A DNA stretch of 59,702 nucleotides, counting the filler. It is 5 parts of 5 records of this genome, joined end to end, with 100 filler letters (N's around TTAATTAATTAA, not from the genome) between each part and the next. Parts side by side here need not be neighbours in the genome. Positions count along the whole stretch, not along the records: positions 39,622 to 52,104 come from SRR31147125_1725; positions 52,205 to 59,702 come from SRR31147125_1729; 3 more parts are not named here. One strand, written 5' to 3'. Shown piece by piece: positions 44,886-53,177 of this stretch; position 1 is the stretch's first letter, and every line of letters begins with the position of its first letter. The position numbers and the translations under genes are program-made. A model generated the notes under the pieces. That model made no database searches, was not told where the DNA came from, and saw only the letters and a list, made by a program, of their open reading frames with translations.

Positions 44886-45866
44886 TCAGAGGTTTCCAAG
44901 GACCTTGGAAATGAGGTAGCCGGAGTAGCCGAGATAGACGAGAAGAAAAAGCAAACCCTCAATGCGGTTAATCTTTCTCTGGCCAGAGACACCAAAACCC
45001 GTCACAAAAAGAGCCAGAGTTAAAAGCCCCATCACCAGGCAATCGCGATAGAGGACTTCACGGCCAACAGCCAACGGATGGATCGACCCGGCGATACCAA
45101 CAACGGCGAGAGTATTAAAAAGGTTGGAACCGATGACATTGCCGAGAGCCAGATCGTGCTCCCCTTTTCGCGTTGCCGCAACAGCCGAAGCCAGCTCTGG
45201 AAGAGACGTTCCGATGGCCACAACCGTCAATCCGATAATCAGATCGCTGACGCCGAAAGCCCGAGCGATATCAACAGCGCCCCAGACAAGAATACGCGAA
45301 CTGATGACCAGCAGCACCATGCCTGTAATCAACCAGAACAGAGCTGGTTTAAGAGGCATCGGATCGACCTCCAGCTCAACATCGAGATCGGCCTCAAGAC
45401 TATCATGCCGTTCTTTAAGACCGATCCAGATCCACCACCCCATCACCGCCGCAAACACACCGAGAAGAATCCACGCATCCGAACGGCTCAGGTACAGATC
45501 GAGAAGAAGACCTGTGGCCAAAAGCGTGACGACCATCAGCACCGGAAGCTCTTTACGCAGAATCCCCGACTTGATATTGATCGGGTTGATCAAAGCTGTC
45601 AGACCAAGAATTAAAGCAATATTTGATATGTTGGATCCGAATGCATTCCCCAGCGCGAGTCCCGGGTTACCCTGGTAGGACGAGATCGCAGACACAACCA
45701 TTTCCGGCGCGGACGTCCCGAAACCGATAACGACCATCCCGATCAGAAGCGTCGGCATGCCGGCATGATGGGCCGTTGCCGCAGCCCCATCGACAAAACG
45801 ATCGGCACTCCAGACAAGTATGGCCAATCCAATGATGAGTGCAATTGAAGGGAGAAGTAATGACAT
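44886..45866 (-). CDS. Calcium/sodium:proton antiporter (CaCA, YrbG-like)
   Basis: Alpha repeats GFGTSAPE...GNAFGSNI and AIGTSLPE...GNVIGSNLFN; about 10 TM segments. Confidence 0.92.
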   Translation of the reverse strand: MSLLLPSIALIIGLAILVWSADRFVDGAAATAHHAGMPTLLIGMVVIGFGTSAPEMVVSAISSYQGNPGLALGNAFGSNISNIALILGLTALINPINIKSGILRKELPVLMVVTLLATGLLLDLYLSRSDAWILLGVFAAVMGWWIWIGLKERHDSLEADLDVELEVDPMPLKPALFWLITGMVLLVISSRILVWGAVDIARAFGVSDLIIGLTVVAIGTSLPELASAVAATRKGEHDLALGNVIGSNLFNTLAVVGIAGSIHPLAVGREVLYRDCLVMGLLTLALFVTGFGVSGQRKINRIEGLLFLLVYLGYSGYLISKVLGNL

Positions 45867-45880
45867 AAGTTCTTATTGGC

Positions 45881-45911
45881 AAAAGGAATGGGGACAGCAT
45901 CCTGTCCCCAT
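45881..45911 (-). terminator. Intrinsic terminator downstream of the SEC-C gene
   Basis: Minus strand ATGGGGACAG-GATG-CTGTCCCCAT followed by TCCTTTT. Confidence 0.7.
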
Positions 45912-45926
45912 CCGTTCTGAATTATG

Positions 45927-45954
45927 GCTGGGAAACTCAGACTGAGTTTCTAGC
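45927..45954 (-). promoter_or_regulatory. Possible SECIS-like hairpin after the TGA of the SEC-C gene
   Basis: GCT-A-GAAACTCA-GTC-TGAGTTTC-CC-AGC. The loop starts with GU, 22 nt after the TGA at 45967-45965. Confidence 0.4.
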
Positions 45955-45964
45955 GTCTGGGAGC

Positions 45965-46180
45965 TCAACCAAAAACCGGGCTGCAATCTTTCTTCGCAGC
46001 ACTTTCCAGTTTTCTCTTCTGTTCAAGATAACGCTGGTCCTGATCGAGATGGCACTTTTTATATTTTTGCCCGCTACCGCACCAGCAGAGATCATTGCGT
46101 GACGGCAGTGTCTCAGGAGGCGGATCGCCTTCTGGCACAACAGTCTCTTCTTTTTTAAATAACTGACTGAGAAAACCCAT
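45965..46180 (-). CDS. Small SEC-C zinc-binding motif protein (may extend through TGA to the TAG at 45952-45950)
   Basis: PSRNDLCWCGSGQKYKKCH; the ORF ends DCSPVFG-TGA. Confidence 0.88.
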   Translation of the reverse strand: MGFLSQLFKKEETVVPEGDPPPETLPSRNDLCWCGSGQKYKKCHLDQDQRYLEQKRKLESAAKKDCSPVFG

Positions 46181-46281
46181 ACAACCTCTAATTCAATATC
46201 TTTACTTTAATCTTGCAACGTCACGATAATACGCTGACTCTTTACGTCATGTAAACCGGCAACCGGCTTTACAATTTCATG

Positions 46282-46782
46282 TTAATACGACTTACGGAAG
46301 TACGTACCATGACACTTCGGACAGGGTGGTATCCGTCCCGTCTTTTTCATATGGATCTGCTCAGTACATTTTTTACAAGACAGCGTTCCGGGGCTGGTAA
46401 TCTCTCCCGTTTTGAATTCTAGCTGCTGTTCAGACTTTTTCGCCCAATCACCAAGAGTGCTTGCCGCGTTAGACAAAACAGTCGAAAAAAGGCTCTGCAC
46501 ACCGACAGCAACACGCTTCGGTTCAACCGCTTCCTTAATGCTGTCTTTGGCCTTTGTGGCACTCTCGACAGCGTGCTGGACATCCTTGCGTATATAATTG
46601 ACAACTTTCTCAGTCTGTTCACGGGTTGTGGAACTGGCCGAGGAAAAATCTTCTGCCGCTTTTTTCAGGGCTTCATCAAAATTCTTCCGCCCGGAATCAA
46701 CCGCCTCATTGACCTGCTTGAGAATCTTTTCATACAAACTGACATCATCTTGATCATGATTATTTCGGCCTGAATCTGTCAT
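46282..46782 (-). CDS. Zinc-ribbon-containing protein (DUF1451-like)
   Basis: Helical N-terminus; C-terminal FKTGEITSPGTLSCKKC...GRIPPCPKCHGTYF; SD GGAGG upstream. Confidence 0.8.
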   Translation of the reverse strand: MTDSGRNNHDQDDVSLYEKILKQVNEAVDSGRKNFDEALKKAAEDFSSASSTTREQTEKVVNYIRKDVQHAVESATKAKDSIKEAVEPKRVAVGVQSLFSTVLSNAASTLGDWAKKSEQQLEFKTGEITSPGTLSCKKCTEQIHMKKTGRIPPCPKCHGTYFRKSY

Positions 46783-46862
46783 GGATACCTCCTCCTCTGA
46801 AAGAGCCCGACTCTATTACAAGAGTATCAGAAAACAGATGAATTTCAGATCGTTTCAACAAA

Positions 46863-47060
46863 CTAGCTGTCAGCGGTATCACCAGGCGTTAATGCCAGGA
46901 TAACGCCGACAAGACATCCGAACAGCCCCCCGTACCAGGGGTTCGATGTCGCACCTCAGGTACTCCCGGAGCACTGCCCGATATAACCGATCAAAGCACC
47001 AAGAGCCGTTGAAACGCTCGTCACCAGAAGAATCTTAACAACACGCTGCTTTTTCGTCAT
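46863..47060 (-). CDS. Predicted 65-aa two-TM selenoprotein with Cx4U motif (DUF6132-like)
   Basis: MTKKQRVVKILLVTSVSTALGALIGYIGQCSGST-U-GATSNPWYGGLFGCLVGVILALTPGDTADS*. The TGA at 46958-46956 sits at the second Cys position of the GCxxxxCxxTSNP motif, and the family-like sequence continues in frame after it. Confidence 0.75.
46913..46950 (-). promoter_or_regulatory. Bacterial SECIS-like stem-loop
   Basis: It begins 5 nt after the in-frame TGA: GACATC-GAAC-CCC-TGGTAC-GGG-GGGCT-GTTC-G-GATGTC. The GGU apical loop is about 19 nt from the UGA. Confidence 0.65.
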
Positions 47061-47073
47061 ACGCGCTGCTTTG

Positions 47074-47265
47074 CTACTTGTAACCGCCCGTGGCATCCGG
47101 TGTCGCGGGAAGAAAGGCAAGAATCAACAGAGTGACAGGGCCTAACAACAACCCCAGTGCAAACCAGACTTTCTTGTTATAACCCTTACCATTCGCCAAC
47201 GAGTAGGCCGCGCAAGGAAAAACCAGCCAGATAAACAGATATTCCATACTTCCTCCACAGGACAT
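47074..47265 (-). CDS. Small two-TM hypothetical membrane protein
   Basis: MEYLFIWLVFPCAAYSLANGKGYNKKVWFALGLLLGPVTLLILAFLP. The real start is probably the internal ATG after GGAGG. It stops 13 nt before the candidate selenoprotein start. Confidence 0.7.
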   Translation of the reverse strand: MSCGGSMEYLFIWLVFPCAAYSLANGKGYNKKVWFALGLLLGPVTLLILAFLPATPDATGGYK

Positions 47266-47501
47266 TATATGCGAAAAAAACTATCATAACCGATAACCCG
47301 CTAATTGTAACCTGATTCAGTCACGAAGGACGATTTATCAAATTTGAGCGGCTGGTGTGCACAGGGACTACTTTTCGGGTATAATGAAAAAAGAAAGGAG
47401 GACTGCCTATCGAAGACGAAACAGTGAAGCTGAGAAGGTATTCCATCCACTCGCAGACTGATTGGCTGCGAGAATTTCCGCTTACAGGAAAAACATAAAA
47501 A

Positions 47502-47527
47502 GAAGGCCCACGTTCTCGTGGGCCTTC
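47502..47527 (-). terminator. Intrinsic terminator after ORF 47542-47757
   Basis: GAAGGCCCACG-N4-CGTGGGCCTTC, a perfect 11-bp stem followed by a T-tract on the minus strand. Confidence 0.8.
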
Positions 47528-47541
47528 AGCTGTTTTGGGGA

Positions 47542-47757
47542 TCAACCCTTCGGCTTGACATCGAACAAACCGAAGGCGTAGTAGGCAAAACCCACCAACG
47601 CTGTAAAAATAAACATCAGAAACAATGCCCTCGCAGCCAGCTTGGCCGCAAACTCCTTTTTGGATGTTGGCTTGTTCTTATCAAGGACAAAAGACCAGAA
47701 CAGAGCGAACAGAATCAGGACAGCAAATCCAATTTGATAGAACGTCAGCAATTCCAC
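47542..47757 (-). CDS. Small two-TM hypothetical membrane protein
   Basis: GTG start after GGGAGG; two hydrophobic helices; followed by a terminator. Confidence 0.65.
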   Translation of the reverse strand: MELLTFYQIGFAVLILFALFWSFVLDKNKPTSKKEFAAKLAARALFLMFIFTALVGFAYYAFGLFDVKPKG

Positions 47758-47876
47758 AAGAACCTCCCAAAAACACGACGCGCAAACTGCGTATCACAAA
47801 AGCATCATAAACTAGCATTTTTAGTGAGGAAATGGTGCAGGAAAATGCTTCAGGGAAAAGACAATGATCGTTCTGA

Positions 47877-48742
47877 TCAACGCAGCAGAGACCTCTTCCG
47901 GCCCGATACGTTCGAAAGAAAGTTCCAGCGGCTGATGAAATCAAGATAGCCTAAACCGACACCGAGCAGGTCTGCAACCCCACCCATCGTTAAGCCAAGC
48001 GTTTGAAATTGCAGATCGAGACCTTCCAGGAGCGGATAAGGATTCAGCCCTTTCCGTATGACGCTCTCAATGTGCGCCCCCGACGACCTAACCAGACTCA
48101 ACCCTCCGGACCGCAGCGATGCAGACTGGTTGAATCGTCTACAACCTGCATCAGAACAGCCATACCAAGAAAGGGTCGCCAGTGCTGATCCACAGTATCA
48201 TCCAGCATCGCCGGCAGGAACACATCAAACAGAGATGGCAGACCATTCAGTGTTTCAGCGACAATCCCGCTCTCGGGTCTCTGCTGACGCACACGACTTC
48301 CATGGGTGTCAGCAGCGGTCCGCACCCTGAAAAACTCACTGGCGACACAAGCGATCTCCATCCTGAAACGATTCTGATCCCAGGGGGTCTGACACCGATA
48401 AGCGGCCACCAGAAACAGCCCGCAAAGAAAAATCCCCCCTTTATGACAGTTGGTCCCGGTCGCCGAAAACATGCGTTGTTCCGCTTTCTGCCCGCAACCG
48501 ATCAAAACATCGAGTTCAGCTCCCCTGTCAAGCAGGGCGCGAAGCTCCGCCAAATAGAGGTGCAACAAAGCGATCGACCAGCTCATCCCTTGAAGTGTCA
48601 GGTCGCCGTGTGACCCGCTGTTCTTCAAATCAACCAGGCCCGGCTTCGGAGTCAGATAAAGCTCACTTTTCAAGCCATCGATCAGGGATTCTGACAGCTG
48701 TTCACTTCGGAACTGTGCTGAGTAATCTTTCAGTTGCAGCAT
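47877..48742 (-). CDS. citG: Triphosphoribosyl-dephospho-CoA synthase (frameshift near 48100)
   Basis: ELYLTPKPGLVDLKNSGSHGDL; TGTNCHKGGIF; THGSRV; DDSTSLHRCG. It continues in a shifted frame as LSLVR...LTMGGVADLL. Confidence 0.88.
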
Positions 48743-49205
48743 GAATATCCTTCCAGTCATGGCGACCGGTACGCATACATTCCCGCGCATCCTCCTGACA
48801 GACAAGACATGTGCGCGGCTCAAAATTCAATTGTTGACGACCGATACTCTCCCCCGTTGAAGAGAACACGTCGAGATCGAGCAGTCGCGAGAATGGTGCG
48901 TACGATTCTATTTCACAACAGCGGATCTTGGTTTCCACGGCCGGCTGCGCTGTCATATAGATTGCCCAGGGGCCTAGAAGATCTGTGTCCTGATACAACT
49001 GCATCACGGTTGAACATGACAACCTGATCTGCTCATCAGCCCAGCGGAGTAGATCGTCCCCCTGAAGGGGACTCTTGTCAGGCCCAGGAATACTCAGAGA
49101 AACCTGAATCAACACATTGTCGGAATAGGCGATCACCTCGTCGAGACGCTGTTGCCTCTGATCCCGAGCCTGCAGAAAATCATTCTTTAACGCGTCTAAC
49201 AGCAT
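48702..49205 (-). CDS. citX: Apo-citrate lyase phosphoribosyl-dephospho-CoA transferase
   Basis: LQARDQRQQR; SLSIPGPDK; SRLLDLDV; PRTCLVC...CMRTGRH. Confidence 0.88.
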   Translation of the reverse strand: MLLDALKNDFLQARDQRQQRLDEVIAYSDNVLIQVSLSIPGPDKSPLQGDDLLRWADEQIRLSCSTVMQLYQDTDLLGPWAIYMTAQPAVETKIRCCEIESYAPFSRLLDLDVFSSTGESIGRQQLNFEPRTCLVCQEDARECMRTGRHDWKDIHAATERLLSTVPK

Positions 49206-50717
49206 CAATGATGCTCCCGTCACGATATTCGATCAAAGCGATAACATCGTCGGTCAGCTCAACCGGACGCGGGATTCCAGTAATCGCACAGGCTGATTTA
49301 TGGAGGTCATGTATCTCCTTCACCGGTAGCCGCCGTCTAAGCAGTTCCTTTTTCAACTCTGCCTGATTTTCATTCACAGCGATCCCACGCTCTGTCACGA
49401 TCACGTCTACGGTGTGTCCCGGTGTCGAGACGGTCATCACCTTGTCCCTGATGATCGGTAAGCGACCGCGCAACAGCGGCGCTGTGATAATTGACAATTG
49501 CGCTCCGGCGGCGGTATCACAGTGTCCGCCCGTGTTGTGAAGCAGGTATCCGTTCGACTCCGTATTGACGTTCACATTGAAATCAACATCAATTTCCGTG
49601 GCCCCCAGAATAACGGCATCAAGCCGGTTAACCATCGCTCCGGCGTTGAACGGATTTGCGTACGTGTCGGCGCTTAACTCCTGATGATGCAGACTGTGAC
49701 CGATCGATTCGACGGCCTTCAGATCGAAGCACTGAACATCATAAAGTGACTCGAACAGCCCCTCGTTCAACATATCGACAAAGTACCCGGTAATCCCACC
49801 GCAGCCGAAACTGCCCTTGATCTGCTGATCCGCCATCTTCTGACGGACTCTCTCAGCAACCGCGAGTGAAATCCCCCTGCTCCCGTCTGAAAAGAAAAAC
49901 CATTTTTCAGCAGGCCGGATGCTTCGATCACCTGGGCCGCGTAATGCGCAATCTGCAAACCGACCGGATCACGCGTGACCCGTGTCGTTGTTGACACAAT
50001 CTTGCTCGGATCGCCAAGAGACTCGACGGTCGCGACGCAATCAACCAGGGATTGCGGAATGGAAATCGGTGTCACCGCTCCATCTATCAGGTTATCGGTG
50101 ACGGCAATCACCTTCTCAGCGTACATGGCATCGGTATGTGCGTAACCAAGACTCCCGCAAGCTGAAGGACCGTAATAACCGTTCATGTTGCCGTAACGAT
50201 CACAGCATGGAGCGGCGATGAAGGCGGCATTGATTTTAACGTCACCACTGATAATCGAACGCGCACGACCGCCATGAGAACGGACAATAATCGGAGCATC
50301 AATCTCGCCCCGGGATGCCAATTCACCAATCGGCCCGTTGACACCACACTCAAAAGCAGTGATCACACCTTTTTTGATGTAAGGAACCAGTTCGGCATGA
50401 ACGGGATGAACAGAACTTGACGCGATGCGGATATCTTTCAATCCCAGAGCATCAATCTCTTTAATCAGGGCATTCAGCAAAGCGTCACCATTACGCAAAT
50501 GGTGATGCGTCGCGATACACATGCCATCCCTCAGCTCAGCAGCTTCAACCGCAGCGCGAAGGCCATTGACGACCTTGTCGGCACCGGGATTGAGCCGTCT
50601 GAGCGGACGGCTGCTGTGATGACAATCCGGTATCAGTGAAAATGGATCCTGGTAAGGAATGACTGCCCGTCCGGCAAATTTTTCCGGCAATAAACGACCG
50701 AGGCTATTTTTGACCAT
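49180..50717 (-). CDS. citF: Citrate lyase alpha subunit / CoA-transferase (frameshift in G-run near 49875)
   Basis: MVKNSLGR; THHHLRNGD; RSHGGRAR; SACGSLGYA; FSFQTGAGG(I)SLAV; GGITG; LGATEIDVDFNVNV; GGHCDTAAGA; IEYRDGSIID. Confidence 0.92.
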
Positions 50718-51624
50718 AGATCTCCTCCTCATCCAGAATCATGTCGATCAACCCGTGCGCCTGGGCAATTTTCAGAGTGTTCACTGACCGTTTAACAATC
50801 GGTGCGTCAATCATCTTGCCACGCAAGGAAATAACACCCGTTCCCATTTCACGGGCCCGCTTAATAGCATCAACAACCTCAAGAGCGTAATCGACTTCTT
50901 CCTGCTTCGGAGCGAATACTTCATGTATAACATCAATTTGTCGCGGATTAACCAGTGACTTTCCAGAGAAACCTAATGTTTTAATCAGCTTTGTTTCTTT
51001 TGTCAGACCGTCCATGTCGGACGCGTCGGGATAAATCGTATCGATGGCTTGAATGCCGGCGGCTTTACACGCCCAGACGACCCTTGTCCTGGCCGCGAAC
51101 AGCTCCTCACCTCCCCTGGTCCGTTCAATTTCAAGACTGGCCGTATAGTCTTCCGCCCCGAATGCGAGACCGATCAGGCGGGATGAGCTCCTCGCGGTTT
51201 TGATACAGTTGATGACACCCTCTGCTGTTTCAATTGAGGGAAGAATCTTGAAAAAACCGATCTCAAGGCCGAGTTCTTCCTCGTATTCCGTCAGCATCGT
51301 ATCGAGCTTTTCCACCAGTTCCGGCCTGTTGGCCTCCGGCAGACGGATCCCGTCCGGCAATGCCGGCAGAACCGCTCTCAAGTCATCTTCCCACCAATCG
51401 GTTGTCAATCCGTTGATTCGGACGAAAATCTCCTTGTTGTGATCTTTATAGGTTTCCAGAAAATGGCGTACCAGAACCCTGGCTGCATCCTTCTCACTAT
51501 AAGGAACGGCATCTTCCAGATCGATCATGACGCAATCACTGTGAAAGATCGGGATATTCTGTAGCATCGAAGGCATGTTGCCCGGGACATAGAGCAGCGA
51601 ACGCCGCAGACTGTAATCTGACAT
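50704..51624 (-). CDS. citE: Citrate lyase beta subunit / citryl-CoA lyase family
   Basis: RRSLLYVPGN; IDLEDAV; VRIN; IETAEG; FGAEDY; LGFSGKSLVNPRQI; GKMIDAP. Confidence 0.92.
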   Translation of the reverse strand: MSDYSLRRSLLYVPGNMPSMLQNIPIFHSDCVMIDLEDAVPYSEKDAARVLVRHFLETYKDHNKEIFVRINGLTTDWWEDDLRAVLPALPDGIRLPEANRPELVEKLDTMLTEYEEELGLEIGFFKILPSIETAEGVINCIKTARSSSRLIGLAFGAEDYTASLEIERTRGGEELFAARTRVVWACKAAGIQAIDTIYPDASDMDGLTKETKLIKTLGFSGKSLVNPRQIDVIHEVFAPKQEEVDYALEVVDAIKRAREMGTGVISLRGKMIDAPIVKRSVNTLKIAQAHGLIDMILDEEEIYGQK

Positions 51625-51627
51625 AGC

Positions 51628-52098
51628 CTATTCCTCTTCAATGTAGATTGTCGGGGTTCCCGCACTCTTTGATACGTAGCGCTCAACTCCTTCGACAATC
51701 ATTTCCGTCAGAAGGATCTCACAGCTGACGAACACCTCAGCATCGTAGAAATGACCACCGACCACCTCCCCCGAGCTCTTGCCCAGAATGACATGGAGAT
51801 GGCAATCAACGGTGCCATTTTCATCCGCGATCAGATTCCCTTCAAGACCGAGCAGTTCAAACGGGCCTTCCTCAAAATGCTGCCGCATTCTCGGTTCCGT
51901 AATCGGACGTTTCGCTCCCGACTTTATCCCTCGAAAATGAGTATTTTTTACCGATCCAATCGCAGAAACAATCACTGCGTTACTGACCTGCTCTTGCCTC
52001 GCAAATAACAGCAGTCGTTCCTGTATCTTTTCACCCGGTTTTATTTTGAGAATAAAGCGCCGGCCCTGAGTCCACTCTTTACACCATGCTCCCTGCAT
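51628..52098 (-). CDS. PPC/DUF296 domain protein
   Basis: SAIGSV; PFELLGLEGNL; HLHVILG...VVGGH...CEI. It stops 3 nt before the citE start. Confidence 0.85.
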   Translation of the reverse strand: MQGAWCKEWTQGRRFILKIKPGEKIQERLLLFARQEQVSNAVIVSAIGSVKNTHFRGIKSGAKRPITEPRMRQHFEEGPFELLGLEGNLIADENGTVDCHLHVILGKSSGEVVGGHFYDAEVFVSCEILLTEMIVEGVERYVSKSAGTPTIYIEEE

Positions 52099-52104
52099 AA
52101 CAAC

Positions 52105-52204
52105 NNNNNNNNNNNNNNNNNNNNNNNNNNNNNNNNNNNNNNNNNNNNTTAATTAATTAANNNNNNNNNNNNNNNNNNNNNNNNNNNNNNNNNNNNNNNN
52201 NNNN
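52105..52204. other. Artificial contig linker
   Basis: N44-TTAATTAATTAA-N44. Confidence 0.99.
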
Positions 52205-52278
52205 CTTTGATTTTTAAGAACTCACTTGAAATTTTTTTAATCAAAAATGGACTTATTATTCACCCTGTTTGGAGATAT

Positions 52279-53163
52279 TTATGAGTTTTGCTGCAAATAA
52301 TGATATACCGCTCCGATGATTCCAGCATCATTTTTATGAAAACATCTATCTATCTCATATGGCAGATTTCCAAATGTAAACAGTGCCGCAAGTTTCTCAT
52401 TTAAACTCTCTATTAACTCTTCTCTAGCTGAAATAGCCCCACCTATTAGGACTTTTTCAGGGTTAAAAATATAAAACAGGTTATATAAACCTACTGATAA
52501 ATTCTCCAGCAGATTATTAACAAGCCATTTTGCATAAGGATCATCTGATGCAAATATCTCTTCCCCACTTGTCTCTACCAGCTCTTTACTCAGTTTTTTT
52601 GCATACTTCTCCCTCATAGGAAGCATGGCAGCGTTTCTGGATAAACCGCATTCAGAAGGGATATTATTCTCTATCCCTTTTGTTATCATAAATCCAAACT
52701 CACCTGCGGAATAGTTTTTGCCTCTATATAGTTTATTATCCAAAACTATCGCACCACCTATGCCTGTTCCAATTGTTATACACAGAAAATCCTCCAACTC
52801 TTTAGCATTTCCTGTCCATTTCTCAGCAAGAGCTGCCGAGTTAACATCATTTTCTACCTCTACACACACTTTCGCATTTGATTCCAGATACTCCTTTAAA
52901 TGAAATCCCTCCAAAAAAGTTAAAGCTCCTGCTGAAATAAGAATTCCGTTTTCGCAGTCAATAAAACCCGGAAAACTTATACCAACACCTGCAATATCAA
53001 TCTCTTTTATACTATTTTTTATCAAAGTTAATAACTGATTAAGGAATTTCTCTTTCTCCATAATTGTAGATTCCACACCTTTTTTTATGATCTCACCACT
53101 GTTATTAACTATTCCGTACTTTATATTTGTCCCCCCAACATCAATACCTAGATATTTTTCCAT
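52279..53163 (-). CDS. ROK family sugar kinase
   Basis: LGIDVGGTNIK; ENDVNSAALAE; IGTGIGGA; AGEFG; DAGIIGA. No N-terminal HTH. Confidence 0.92.
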   Translation of the reverse strand: MEKYLGIDVGGTNIKYGIVNNSGEIIKKGVESTIMEKEKFLNQLLTLIKNSIKEIDIAGVGISFPGFIDCENGILISAGALTFLEGFHLKEYLESNAKVCVEVENDVNSAALAEKWTGNAKELEDFLCITIGTGIGGAIVLDNKLYRGKNYSAGEFGFMITKGIENNIPSECGLSRNAAMLPMREKYAKKLSKELVETSGEEIFASDDPYAKWLVNNLLENLSVGLYNLFYIFNPEKVLIGGAISAREELIESLNEKLAALFTFGNLPYEIDRCFHKNDAGIIGAVYHYLQQNS

Positions 53164-53177
53164 TTATACAAACTCTC

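Noticed and set aside
48098-48100. TGA after HRCGPEG in citG as a possible selenocysteine
   Set aside because: The CitG-like sequence continues in a shifted frame (LSLVR...GGVADLL), not in frame. One T missing from a run explains it, and the in-frame read-through soon meets another TGA.
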